Below the pieces are notes generated by a model. That model was given only the letters and a program-made list of their open reading frames with translations. It did no database searches and was not told the DNA's origin. A stretch of 64,000 bases of DNA. Source: the human T2T-CHM13v2.0 reference genome, Homo sapiens. Location of the stretch: NCBI RefSeq assembly GCF_009914755.1, contig NC_060935.1, one strand, 5' to 3'. Every line of letters begins with the position of its first letter. The stretch's first letter is position 1. The position numbers and the translations under genes were made by a program. Below are positions 38,781 to 51,759 of this stretch, piece by piece.

Positions 38781-38977
38781 TTATTTCATTATATATTACA
38801 ATGAAACAATAATAAAAATAAAGTACACAATAAATGTAATGTGCTTGAATCATCCCAAAACCATCCCTGCCCCTGCTCCATGGAAAAATTGTCTTCCACA
38901 AAACAAGTCTTTAGTGCTAAAAAGGTTGGGGACTGCTGTTTTAAAGCATATTTGTCAGTCATAGAAAGTCATCATAC

Positions 38978-39210
38978 CGTAGTGATTAAGAGCATGGATT
39001 CTGGAGCAATTGCCTGGGTTTTGAATCTCATCTTTGCCACTTATGAGCAAGATCCCTGAATTCTCTGCACCTAAGTTCCCTCATCAGTGAAATTGGGAAA
39101 TTAATAATTTCTACCTCATAGGATTGTTATAAGTTTTAATGAAGCTCATATTTATAAAACCATAAGACAATACCTGGGAAATAGCAATCACTATATAAGT
39201 GTATGTTAAA
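38978..39210 (+). mobile_element. MIR
   Basis: GTAGTGATTAAGAGCATGGATTCTGGAGC..TGCCTGGGTTTTGAATC..GCCACTTA..CTACCTCATAGGATTGTT. Confidence 0.85.
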
Positions 39211-39598
39211 TAAAATAGTAATCATTAAGGTGTTGGAAAACAGATGACTTTGAGAAGATGAGAGAAGGGCAAGGCTGAGGAAGAGAGGGAGGGCTCCAGA
39301 GAAGCTAGACACCCAGAGAAAGTAGAAACAAGGCTAAGACACTGTGGGCCACCATGAAAGGAGCTGAAGACAGATTTTTCTCCCTCTCTATTTTGTCTTC
39401 TGAAGCCCCTCAAAAAAGAAAATTCCAGGATGACCCCAGTTCCAAACATTAAAACTAAGTTTTTCCCTCTTAGAAGCAGCCTTTAATCCGGGTTGGGCTC
39501 AGGGAAGGTAATATACATTCAAACATGCATTTCTGCTGTTGCCACTTCCATCTGCAAAGTCCTTCTACCAGGAGTTTATAAAAAACATGGTCAAGGTG

Positions 39599-39953
39599 TG
39601 ATATGGTCTGGCTGTGTCACCACCTGAATCTCATCTTGAATTGTAGTTCCCATAATCCCCCTTCATGGAAGGGACCCGGTGGGAGGTAATCGAATCATGG
39701 GGGCGGTTGCCTCCATGCTGTTCTTGTGATAATGAATGAGTTCATAAGGGGCTTCCCCGCTGGCTTCACTCTGTACTCCTTCTTGCTGCTGTCATGTGAA
39801 GAAGGACATGTTTGCTCTTCCTTCCACCGTGAGTGTTAAGTTTCCTGAGGCCTCCCCAGCCCTGCGGAGCTGTGAGTCAATTGAAATTCTTTCCTTTATA
39901 AATTACCCTGTCTTGGGCATTTCTTCATAGCAGCATGAGAATGGACTGATACA
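39599..39953 (+). mobile_element. THE1C/D solo LTR
   Basis: TGATATGGTCTGGCTGTGTC...ATGGACTGATACA; 5-bp TSD AGGTG on both sides. Confidence 0.93.
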
Positions 39954-40335
39954 AGGTGTCTCCTCCCTGCCTGATTTGGCCTGTGTGGTATCCTATGGTT
40001 TATCAAGGTCTCGGCCTGAGTCCTGCCACATACTCTCCTCAAAAACCTCAAAGGATGGTTCATCTTTTCTGACATTATTTACAGTTAACTAGGAAGTTCA
40101 GAAAGTGTATGAGTTTCCTTTCTTGTTGTCCTAAAGGAAAATGGTGGACTTGGCTTGGTGGACTGTTTTATCTAGATGGTGGTTGGCTTTTATCGTTAAT
40201 GTAATCTGCCATCTGAGCCAAACTAAGGATGGAACATCAGTCTTTTTTAAAAGTTGGGGGAAAAGAAAGGCTGTTAAGGAATCCCCAAACTCACCTGGAA
40301 CTCCGGCAGGATCTAAATAACACTCCTCGATTTTT

Positions 40336-40920
40336 CCAAATGTGGTGAGCATGTGTAGAAGCTGGATCATTTAAATATTGCTGGTGGGAGTATAAAATGG
40401 TACAACCACCCTATAAATCAATATGCAGTTTCTTAAATAAATATACAACCCAACAATGGTTGGGTTGTTTTTAGTCATTTATCCCAGAAAAATAAAAATT
40501 TATATTTACACAAAGCCTGTGCTTGAATATGTATAGCAGCTTTATTCAAAATAGCCAAGACCTGGAAATGACTCATATGTCCTTCAATGGGCAAATGCTT
40601 AAACAAGCTGTGACAGATTCATACTATGGAATACTACTCATTAATAAGAAGGAATGAATTATTGATGCATGCAAACACCTGCGTGAATCTCCAGAGAATT
40701 GTGCTAAGTGAAAAAGGCCAATCTCAAACAGTTACATGAGGTTTTTGAAATAAGAAAATAGTAGAACTGAAGAACAGGTTAGGACTTGTCAGGGGTTAAG
40801 GAGGTGGTGTCAGGAGGGAGGTGTGTGTGGCTATAAAAAGAAAACATGAAGAATCCTTACAGTGAAGGAATGCACTGTATTTTATTGTATCAATGTCAAC
40901 ATCCTGGTTGTGATATTACA

Positions 40921-40983
<63 letters not shown>

Positions 40984-41090
40984 AGATACACCACTAGGGG
41001 AAACTGGAGAAGAGTATAAGGAATTCCTATATGATTTCTTAAATTAGATGTGAATCTATAATTATCTCAATTTTAAAAGTCTAATTTTAA
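40336..41090 (+). mobile_element. Old LINE-1 (L1MD/L1MC-type) 3' fragment
   Basis: TTGCTGGTGGGAGTATAAAATGGTACAACCAC...ATGGAATACTACTC...TATCAATGTCAACATCCTGGTTGTGATATT...TGTGAATCTATAATTATCTCAA. Confidence 0.85.
40923..40980. repeat. Pure T58 homopolymer
   Basis: 58 uninterrupted T. Confidence 0.98.
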
Positions 41091-41650
41091 AAACTGGGGG
41101 CAGGAGAAAGGCTGTTAACTGATCCCTAAGCTCACTTTGAACTCTAGCAGGACCTAAATAATACCCTTCAATTTGCCCATATTCCCTGCTCTCAATTTAG
41201 TTGTAGAACGACCTAACCAGATGAAAATTCAGGCAAACATATATATTCCCTGCCACACAGTTAATCCCTCAGTTCACCTACAGTTCATCCTATCACTCAT
41301 TCATTCAGCAAACACTTATAGAGGCCCTCCTATGTACCCAGGACTATACTAGGTGCTGTGGATACAGGGAGACAGATAATAGACCCTCTGTACCTAAATG
41401 GAGCTTACATTATAGTGGGAGAGAGAGACAATACATTACACATACATAAAAAGGGAATTTCAGAGAGTGGTAAGTACTAAGAATGAAATAAAACAGGGTA
41501 ATGCAGAGTGTCATGGGAGGGAAGGCTTTTTCAATAGTGGAGTCAGGGAAAGCCTTTCTTAGTTAGTGATTTGATTTCAGGGCTACATGATGGGACAGAG
41601 CACCAAAGCTAAAGAGAACATTCCTGCATTCCTTTTAAAAGGTCACTCTT

Positions 41651-41945
41651 GGCCCCAAGTTATAGCTCATGCCTGTAATCCCAGCACTTTGGGAGGCCAA
41701 GGCAGATGGATCACTTGAGCCCAGGAGTTTGAGACCAGCCTGGGCAACATGGCAAAACCCTGTCTCTACTAAAAATCCAAAAATTAGCCAGTCATGGTGG
41801 CACATGCCTATAGTCCCAACTTCTTAGGAGGCTGAGGTGGGAGGATCACTTGAGCCTGGAAGGTTGAGACTATAGTGAACTGTGAATGCGCCAGTGTACT
41901 CCAGCCTGGGTGAAGAGGGAGACCCTGTCTTAAAAAAATAAAAAT
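41651..41945 (+). mobile_element. Alu SINE (AluJb-like)
   Basis: Dimeric Alu; TSD AAAAGGTCACTCTT / AAAAGTTCACTCTT. Confidence 0.95.
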
Positions 41946-42818
41946 AAAAGTTCACTCTTTTTATGTGACAAATACGTAGAAAGGAAACAAGAAGGTAATG
42001 AGGGGACTGGCTCACAGGCTATTTCAGGGGCTTCCTCCCGAGTTGATAGTTCTATTGACCCAGGTTCAGCAATGGAGAAAAGGGTGCCATTTTCTGAGAT
42101 GAGAAACACTATGAGGGAGGAGGAAATCAGTTCAGCTGGGAGAAGGAAGTTGAGTTCTGTTTAGTCATGTTCAGTTTGAAATGTCTAATAGACATCTGCA
42201 TTGAGCCACAAACATTATATAGCCTCATTCTTTCTCTCTCTCCTGGCCAAGCCTCTATCAGCTCTGGGTCACTTTTTCACTTTCAGACTTGAATAAAACA
42301 TCACACAACAAGGTGGCTTCATGCATAGTAAAGGAATAAATATTATGATAATGATTATGCATACTGGAAGTATACAGTTAGCTCTTCAAGGGTAAATCCC
42401 AAAGGACAATGGGATCCAAAAGGGAGCCAGCCAGCTACATTCTTCATTCCCTTCTCAATATCTTCCAGTAACTCTTCTGAAGAAGTCCCACATGCTGAGT
42501 GAACACAAATTCCAAGTGACCTGCTGGGTCTCTTTGCAGCTCCCTGTGAAGTGGTAGCCAAAATGGTAATGTGGCTTACCACATCATATCATTCATCATG
42601 TCACAATACATGTATTATGTACCTTCCCTGACCTCCCTTCCCTTTTACTCCTACATGCAATACCTTGAACTTGCACCTCTCAGTTAAACTGTTGGCACCT
42701 TAATTCTTGCTTCAGGCTTTGTTCTATAGAAAACCCAGTTACAACAACATCCAAACAAAGATATCGAGTAAGAAGTTCAAAGCCTAGAACTCAAGAGCAA
42801 AGTCAGGATTGGAGCTAT

Positions 42819-43070
42819 CAGTATGGTTTGGCTGTATTCCCACCCAAATATCATCTTGAATTGTAATAATCCCCACATGGCAAGGTTGAGACCAGGTGGA
42901 GATAATTGAATTGTGGTGGTGGTTTCCCTATACTGTTCTCATGGTAGTGAATAAGTCTCACGAGATCTGATGGTTTTATAAATGAGAGTTCCCCTGCACA
43001 AGCTCTCTTGCCTGACACTATGTAAGATGTTACTTTGCTCCCCAATCACCTTCAACCATGTTTGTGAGGC
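42819..43070 (+). mobile_element. THE1 (THE1B/C-like) LTR, 3'-truncated
   Basis: TATGGTTTGGCTGTATTCCCACCCAAAT...GTGAATAAGTCTCACGAGATCTGATGG; stops at TGTGAGGC. Confidence 0.9.
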
Positions 43071-43108
43071 ACATGTACCCTAGAACTTAAAGTATAATAA
43101 AAAAAAAA
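43069..43108 (+). mobile_element. L1PA 3' terminal tip (~40 bp with poly(A))
   Basis: GCACATGTACCCTAGAACTTAAAGTATAATAAAAAAAAAA matches an L1PA4/5-type terminus. Confidence 0.9.
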
Positions 43109-44040
43109 GAGGGGAACAATCACGTGGGTCGAGGCTAGCTGAGAGGTTAAGGAAGATGAGAGAGAGGGGAGGCCACAGGGCTGTGTGACATGAAAGTCAT
43201 GGGTGGTCTCAGTGAGAGCAGTTGCAGTGAGGAAGTAAGATTGGAGAGGTCAAAGAGAGAACAGAAGTTGAGGAAGTGGAAGTAGCTATCATCATAGACA
43301 AGACTGAAGAAATTTAAATGGAAACAGGAAGGAAGTAAATTGGGTAGGAGGAGACTAGTCTGTTTGCCGGGTGCTGAACCTGGGAAATGTGTGTGAGAGA
43401 AGCACATTGTCCTGTAGTCAAGAGACCTGAATTCTAATCCTTTTTCTGCCAATCATGAGGTGAGGAGGCCTGAGGTAAATCCATCCTCTCTCTGGGCATT
43501 CATTTCCTCATTTGTCAAATCAAATGTCTCTCAGGTCCTTTCTAGCTCAGAAAAGCTATATTCTATGGAAACATTGAAACTAACAGAGAAGGAAAAAAAA
43601 TGAGTGGGGAAATCAGGATACTTGAGAGGATAGTGTAAATCCTTAAGGGGCAGGCAAAAGGTATTTACTTCCTAGGGTGGTAGTCAGGATTAAATAAGGT
43701 AATTCAGGCACAGCACTAATCACAATGCCTGACACAGTCAGAACACAATACATTTTATTTATTATTAGAAATACTAGAGGTAGTATTAGTAGCTGAAACT
43801 TGCAGAGTATTGTGGTGCATAAATCTGCTGCACACAGGAAAGTGCCAGTGGAGATAAAGCAGGGAGGATGAGAAGAACCAGGTACCAGGCACTGCCTGGA
43901 ATGGCAGTGAGGCCTATGCTAGGGGCCACTTGTAGAACGAAGTGTGGGGATATGACTTTATGATGTCCAGAGATGGCAGTCTAGGTGGATGTGAGGGCAC
44001 CTCAAAATGAGAAGACACTTTACCTTTAAAGATGCTTTCT

Positions 44041-44352
<312 letters not shown>

Positions 44353-44384
44353 CTATCCTACGTAAAAGTAAGGTAGTGAAAAAA

Positions 44385-45915
44385 AGAGCCAAGGATAGCT
44401 AAGCTCACATCAAAGAAGAACAAAGTTGGAGGATGTACTTGACCACACATCAAGATCTATTGTAAAGCTACAGTAATGAAGACCATGTGGCATCAGCACA
44501 ACAAACAAAGAACAATGCAACAATGGAACAGAATAGAGAGCCCAGAAACAGACTCATGCCATATACAAGCACTTAATTTATGAAAAAGGTGGCACCTCAG
44601 AGTAGTAGGTCTTAATCAATAGGTGGTGCTAAGTCAAATGGATATCTGAGTGGAAATAAGAATGAAACGCAACCCCTGTCTCACACCATACCAAAAAAAA
44701 AAAAAAAATCAATTTTATTTGGTCTGTAGCTTTAAACATGAAAGCTTCTAGAAGCTAATAGAGGTGAATAGCTTCTTGGCCTAAGGGTAGGCAAATACTA
44801 TTAAAAAGGACACAAAAAAAGTACTAATTATAAAGAAGAATATTTATACATTAAATTTCATAAAATTAAAAATGTTGGTTCATCAAAAGATACCATTAAG
44901 AAGATGTTTTAAAAGATGTCATAGAGGGAGAAAAGAGATTCACTGTACATATAAGTGATAGATGATTCACATTCAGAATATATAAAGAACTCTTAGTCCA
45001 GGCAAAGTGGCTCACACCTGTAATCCCAGTACTTTGAGAAGCTAAGGTGAGATGATCACTTGGGCTCAGGAGTTTGATACCAGTCTAGTCAACATAGTGA
45101 GACCCCATCTCTAATTTAAAAATTAAGAAATTAAAGAATTCTACAAAAAAAAAAAAAAAAGGAGACAGGCAGCCTAATTGAAAATAAATCAGGCAAAAGA
45201 CTTGAGCAGGCACCTCATAGAAATAGAATGGCCAATGAACACGTGTAAAGGTGCTCAATCTCACTAGTCATCAGGGAAATACAAATGAAAATCATATTGA
45301 GGTATCACTATACACCCACAATGATGAAAATAATTAAAATTTCAGATGATACTACATGGTGGTAAGAATGTGGAACAACTGGAACTCTCATTGGTGAGAA
45401 CTTAGAATAAAACAATCATTTAGGGAGAAGTTTGGCATATCTACTAAACCTAAATGTAGTCTGTACAAAACCTTTCAAATCCATTCCTGGTATCTATCTG
45501 TCAGAAATGAGAGCTCGTGTTCATCAAAGACATGCACAAAAATATTCATTGCAGCGTTATTCATAAGAGCCCCAGATAGAAACAACCAAAAGTTCATCAA
45601 GAATAGAACAGATAAACTGTGGTATATTCATAAAATGGTATACTGTACACAATGAAAATAAATTAACCACTGCTACGCATGACATTGATGAATCTCATAA
45701 ATATCATGTAGAATGAAAGAAGCTAGTTACAGAAGAATACATGTCATCTGATTCCATAAGGGGCACAGGGAGTGCTCTGGGTGTTGACAATGTTCTATTT
45801 GTTGACTTGAGTGGTGTTTCTATGGGTGTGTTTACTTTGCAACAATTCATCAGTAATTCACTTAAGGTTTGTGGACTTTTCTGTATGTATTCTCTACTTT
45901 AAAAAAGAAAAGAAA
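44385..45915 (+). mobile_element. Old LINE-1 (L1M) 3' ORF2 and 3'UTR relic
   Basis: AAGAACAAAGTTGGAGG...ATGGAACAGAATAGAGAGCCCAGAAAC...TAGTCATCAGGGAAATACAAAT...AAACTGTGGTATATTCATA. Confidence 0.85.
44996..45130 (+). mobile_element. Free left Alu monomer (FLAM_C-like)
   Basis: Single Alu arm; TSD TAAAGAACTCT / TAAAGAATTCT. Confidence 0.85.
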
Positions 45916-46264
45916 AAAAGATTTATCTAATAAAATGAAACAGGAGAGGGTGATCCGTATTTCAGTAAACAATAAAATGTTTCTCCCGCCCTGCTTCTGA
46001 CACCCTTCCTAAATCTGATTTCCTCACTGCATGTGAACTTGTTGTTCTCATCAAATGAGTCAGGCAAAATGGAAAAAAAAATTAATGGATCTTGATAGAT
46101 GTTTTTTAAGGTTAATGTTGTCCTTATAAGGTCATTAAAAGCTCTGCCTTCAAATAAAACTATCAAACCGTGCCCTGCCTTCCTTTATTTTTAAGGAAGC
46201 TGAAATGGTGGCTCCAGAAACAATAGTGCTCCTGGGATCAGAGGGTGGGGGGAGATTAGAAATC

Positions 46265-47840
46265 CATTCATTCATTCATTCATTCATTCATTCACTTGAC
46301 AAATATTTATTAAGCAACTATTGTATCTCAGGCACTATTCTAGGCACTGCAGATAGAACAGTGAACAAAACAGAAAAAGTCCCTGTTCTCATGGAACTTA
46401 CATTGTGGTAGAGATGGAGAATACACTGTATTGTAAGTATTTTTAATTTTTTGTATATTATGATGCTTTGACATCTTTAAAAACTGTTCTGGCTGGGGAG
46501 AGACTGTCCCTCCTAGGCCTAGCTGATTCTTAAGAGGTAGCAAAATGCTCATCTGGCATAAGCTTTTGATATGCAAACTAATGAATCCAGAGCTATAGCT
46601 CATTGATTTTGCCCATGTCTCCCCAAGAGGCAATATCCATCTGCCTTAATCATCCCAGAGCCAGGTATCAGGCAACTAGGCACCACCCCTAGAGTTTAAA
46701 GCCTGCTGGAAAGAGTCAAACCAGCCAATTCTGAACAGTTTACCCCCCTTGCTTGCCTTTCCCATGGAAAGCCCCCAAAAGGCTCTGGCCTAATGCATTT
46801 CCCTTTCTTCCATCCTCTGCCTCCTGACTGCCCCAGGCCTTCCCCATGTGGTTCTCCATGGAGTGGTGTGTCTCCTGTCTCTAGGACCTGTGAGTAAATA
46901 AACTTTGTTTCCCTGAACCTCTCTTGCGTCTCCTCTTATGGCCACACCTGACTGACCATCACATAAAAGAATAAAAGCATACATGAACGATGAGGGAATG
47001 CCACAGAGAATTCTTTATGCTGCAGTGATGGGATGACCAGTTCCAGAGGTATGATTTTGCTGTTGTATGGAGGATGGTCAGGGAAGGTCTCACCCAAAGG
47101 CAAGGGACCTGAAGGAAAAGACGGAGTGACCACATGAATATCTGGGAGGGAACTCCCGTGGAGGGAAACTGAGGTGAGAATAGCTAGGAGGTCAGAGTGG
47201 CAGAAGGGGAAAAAGCAAAGCTGAGAGCCGTGGGAGATGAAGTCAGACAGGGAAGGGCCAGGGCAGATCATCAGAGCCTCTGTGGCCACTGTAAGGACTT
47301 TGGCTTTTCCTTTGCATTAGACGGGAGGTGCTGGAGGCTTGTGAATGGGAAGAGTGACATGACCTGACCTAAGTGTTAAGAGTCACCCAGGTTGCTGGGT
47401 GTGAATAGACAGAAGACAGGTGGGGCAGAAGCAAGAAGACCAGCTAGGAAGCCATGACAGTGACAAAGGCTAGACGGCAGTGCCTTGGACCAGGGGATAG
47501 CAGTGGAGATGGCAGAGAGCTGGACATGTTTCATGGTACTGACAAATGATTCACTTTGGAGGTGGGTTGTGAGACAAATGGAGGAGTCGAGGTTTTTGGC
47601 CTGAGCAACTAGAAGAAGGACGTTCTTGAGATATGGGTAGAATAGGTGTGAGTAGAAGGTTCCGGAAGGCTGTTTGCACATGTTTAGATATCCAAATGGA
47701 GATGACAAGGAGGCAATTGTAGATAATGAAGCTGAAGTTGAAAAGCAGAAGTCGGGACTGAAGATATAAATTTGGGTGTTGGTGTTTAAAGCCATGGGAT
47801 TGGATGAGATCACCTTGGGAGAGGATATAGACAGAAAAGA
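46265..47840 (-). mobile_element. LINE-2 (L2a-like) interrupted by a MER74-like LTR
   Basis: (CATT)n tail then AAATATTTATTAAGC..., continuing after the LTR to TTTAAAGCCATGGGATTGGATGAGATCACC. Confidence 0.8.
46427..46979 (+). mobile_element. ERVL solo LTR (MER74-like)
   Basis: TG...CA; TTTGACATCTT...GGGGAGAGACTG...CCAGGTATCAGGCAACTAGG...GGACCTGTGAGTAAATAAAC; TSD-like TACAC / TACAT. Confidence 0.8.
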
Positions 47841-50800
47841 GAAGTCATCCGGGCCTTGGTCCTCTGAGATCAGCCCTGCCCTAAATCCTGCTTATGCTGC
47901 AGGAAGAGAATATCCTCATGGTGAAGGAATTGACCCCATTTTGCCTTGTCCCAGAGAGCTGATTCCTTAACGTGTGAGGATAAATGAGGCAACACCATGT
48001 CCTGGAAATTGATCCTCACTGGAGACCAACCATTCTGTGAGGGAAACAAGCAAACATCCTCAGTGAACATCTCCTCTCCCTGTCCTCAGCTCAGTTGAGA
48101 TTTGAACTAGCAACCTAGAAGATAAGCGTCTTCATGCCTCTACTGGCTCTCCAAGCACCCTCAGCCTGCTCATGCTAGTCCAGCCCAGGGTATTCTGCTC
48201 CCCAGAAGAGAGCCTGGTCTCTAGGCAAGCAGGGTGTCCTTTCCACACTGAGCTAGAGACTGACCACCGAAAGAAAGTGAACTCTGAGGCAGCAGCAGCC
48301 TGGCTAGGAGCTGCCCCACACATTTTACCCATTAGCTGAAAATCTTTTCTAACGATTTCCATTCCCCTTATAATGAATCATCAAATGAGCAGGGCCCCTG
48401 CTGGGAGGTTAATAAAAACCATACAGGATTTTATGGTTTGTGCAAAGAGAAAAATTGGCTGTCTGGGGCCCTGGAAGACGGCAATCTGAATCTTTTTCCT
48501 CAGTGGATCTTTAGTCCTGAAACTAGATTGCAGGAGGAAATGAAGCAAGAGCGTGGGGGGAGAAGCTCTTGAAATACCTCCCAGTTTTCTCCCTTCCTCA
48601 GCTTTCGTGTCACCACTCAGGCTCCCCAGGACTCACCTGAGGGAATCCCAGCCACAGAAAGCACTCACGGAAGAGCAGAGAAGCTGGAGAAACAACAGTA
48701 GCAGAGATAGCATTTACTGTACTCAACTTTCTGGTCCCCCGGCTTGCTGTCCAGATACTCACTCATTTCCCCACCTTCGTTGTCATTCTTTTAAAGGATT
48801 CTTCCATACACTTGGTTTCCCTACCCATGCCCTCCTACTCTCAGCTTGATCCCTTTTTCCTTCTTTCTGAACAGATATAACTATTCCATGATCATCAGAG
48901 CCTTGATTGGCTAGTACCTTTCTGAAGCCCTCCCATTCTTTCATCCTCTCACATTCACTAGGACTCTACTCTGCTTTTCTGCCCAGGAGGAAAAGTGGTC
49001 CAAAGACCACACATCTTAACGCTGGGGCAGTACTTATGCAGCCAGTGTTTCATCTGTTTCAGGATGGAGCTCATTTTAAGTCACCTCTGGGAGCTTGGTA
49101 CACAGCAATAAAAAATGAGGAGTTTGAGATCCCTGGAGAATTGGAAAGACAAGACTTCTTTTCTCTTACCCTCAACCGGGTCCTAGAGCACAAAAATGAA
49201 TTGCAATTCGTTCTTTGCTTCTTGTAGCTGGTGAGATAGCAACGGATTTTGCTGTAGCCAAACTCCATGTACAAATGGCGATGCAAATCAGTGGAAAGGG
49301 TGCCTTTCTTAATCCTCCTCCTCACGGTGTTCCCTACTGGGCACCAGGGATCCTCAGCAGGACCTACAGGGGCAAGCATTAAAAATAGTCCTTTGTGTTC
49401 AATAAAAATTTGGTAAAGATGTTGCTAGTGCTAGGTGTCTCTTCTGCTCTAAAGAGAGGCCTTGCAATTTACCAATCCAAAATTTTCATTCATTCCCTTA
49501 TTCATTCAGCCTTTTTATTGAATGACTACTATGGCTAGGTTTGGTGCTACATGCTTCAGATAGAATGGTGAACAAGACAGATGAATCTTACAGTAAAGGT
49601 GGAGGGAGAGGCAGAGAAATAAACAAATTCATCAAATCATTACACACTTTAGTAAGTGCTATGAGATATTTGCGGGCTGCTAGCCCAGAGGGTGAGGTTT
49701 GATGAACTGCAGGCTAAACATAGAAATAAAAGCAAGCTGCATTTTTTTAATGACTTGCTTTTACATGTAACTTAGGAAATGTTTTTTGGAGAGTCACATC
49801 ACAGCAAGAGTTTAAAATGGAATTGCTTACTCCTGAGCTAGGACATCAACAATATCCATGATCTCATGGAGGCAGATTTCATCTCCTAAGATGCCTTTCA
49901 AATGATGTGAGTTTGCCTCTATTCGGGAAATAAATCAAAAAGACAGCCCAATCGCCCCAGCAACAGGCACTACTGGTTGTCTACAGAACAGCTGTTCTCT
50001 CCTTGCCCCATCCCCTTTTCCATGTCTGAGGAGGTCTTTGTGACATTGTACCTGAGAGAATGGTCTAAAGCTCATTATTAGGCACTTGTTTGGGGAGAAG
50101 TGGATCATGTCATCTACTTGAAAGAGATGTTGGGAGGTCCAAATAAAGGCATGGAGGTTGATACTTGCCCTTCTTAAATTGTTTTCCCTGGACTAAGAGA
50201 ATGAAATCTATACCATAGGCTTATGACTTCTCAGTTCCTCTTAATAGGATTCAAGCCACAAATCCTCTTCTGTGGCAACCCAGACACGTGGCCATTTTCC
50301 TACTCTTTGGTAACTAAGGCTCTGCATGGTGAGGAAAGGGTAAGTGATCATATTTTAGAGAGACCTGTAAACCCTAGTTGCCTTCCCCTAGCCTCCCCAG
50401 TCTGACCTCACATGGTTGGAGTTCTAAGTGTGACAAAGGCTCTTTAGAGACTTCATCTAAACCTGACTTGATTTTAGATCAACAGAAACTGTACATATCC
50501 TTTTCATGGAACCATTAAGTTCATTCTTGGGTAAACCAGGATAAGAAAGAGAAACTAAAGCTTTCCTATGTTAGGGTAGAAAGGTGGTCTGCAAAGTATA
50601 TCTTTTTTTTTTCCTGTTCCTGGTATTTTAAACTGTCCCACCAGATCAAGCCACATTTATAGTCCTACTTGTCCACAGATCCAAACCAGCAGCAACCCCT
50701 GATGGTTGAGGGATTTGATCAGGTCCTTACCTTATTGTTCTCCACCAGCTTCCATTCCCACCTTGTTCTACAGCCTCCATCTCCATCCTCTGGTTTCTTC

Positions 50801-51759
50801 AGATTTGATTGTTTTCTATGGCTCTGCTTTCCCTTATTTTAGCGCCATGCTTTAGCTCTCAATGAGAGATCTACACCCCAACTTGACCCAGCTTGACATG
50901 AATCCCATTAGCATGGGACTTGCTGACCTGTTCCAGTTCTTTCCCTTTCTTCTAAGGCACCTTTGGCAAATGCAGACTCATATGGGTGGTGCTTCCTCTA
51001 CCAAAGCACATCAGGCTAAGCGTAAGAGGGATGCCACAGTGGGTAGGTCATGTTTGTAAAGTTAGACCTTGAACTAGTTTTCAGTTTGTCCACTTCTCCT
51101 CTCATCTTGATAGTATCCATACCACCTTTGCTGCTAGTCCTAGTCTTGTCTTAGGAAATGATCAACTAACTTAGTCCTTAACCAACCTGCTCTGCATCTT
51201 AGATTTGAACCAACATTCTCTCTCCTGATCTAGTACAGAATGGGCTTGTGTTTATCTGCTCAGAGATAAACACTTTATCTTTGAGAGAAACCACTTCCTT
51301 CTCTCTCCCCTTTTGCTCAGTCACGGGATCTAGCCCATCTCTAGCCACAAGAGTGGGAGTGAGACCAGTCATACAATTCAAATTTGAATTCATCTGACCC
51401 CAAAGTTTCATTAGTACATAGTTGTGCCTCTAGGTGTGAAAACTTGGTAGCAAGTAATTAGAACAAGGTTGGACTGATAAGCTCTGTTGTTCAAAGAAAT
51501 GGGAAAAGAGCTTGCTGAGCACCGTAGGTAATATAGCAGCCAGTGGACAGTCCACTTGGGGAAATCAAAGGGGCTGGTGTTCCACTACAGAACAATTTTG
51601 TGTCTTAATAGAAATATCATCCTGTATTTCCTGGCCACCTAGAATCTCATCTAGAATCTGCTGTTGTTGGAACATGCTACTTCATCTGGGGAAGATACCA
51701 TGTCTGAACAACAGTTGTCGCATAAAAATTTTTTTTTAATTTTACCAATAGTTGTTTTA

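Larger units (their letters stand above)
41290..43340 (-). mobile_element. Fragmented LINE-2 relic hosting AluJ, LTR pieces and an L1 tip
   Basis: CATTCATTCAGCAAACACTTAT...CTATGTACCCAGG (L2 3' end, antisense), later GAGTTCTGTTTAGTCATGTTCAGTTTGAAATGTCT and GCTGAGAGGTTAAGGAAGATGAG. Confidence 0.6.
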
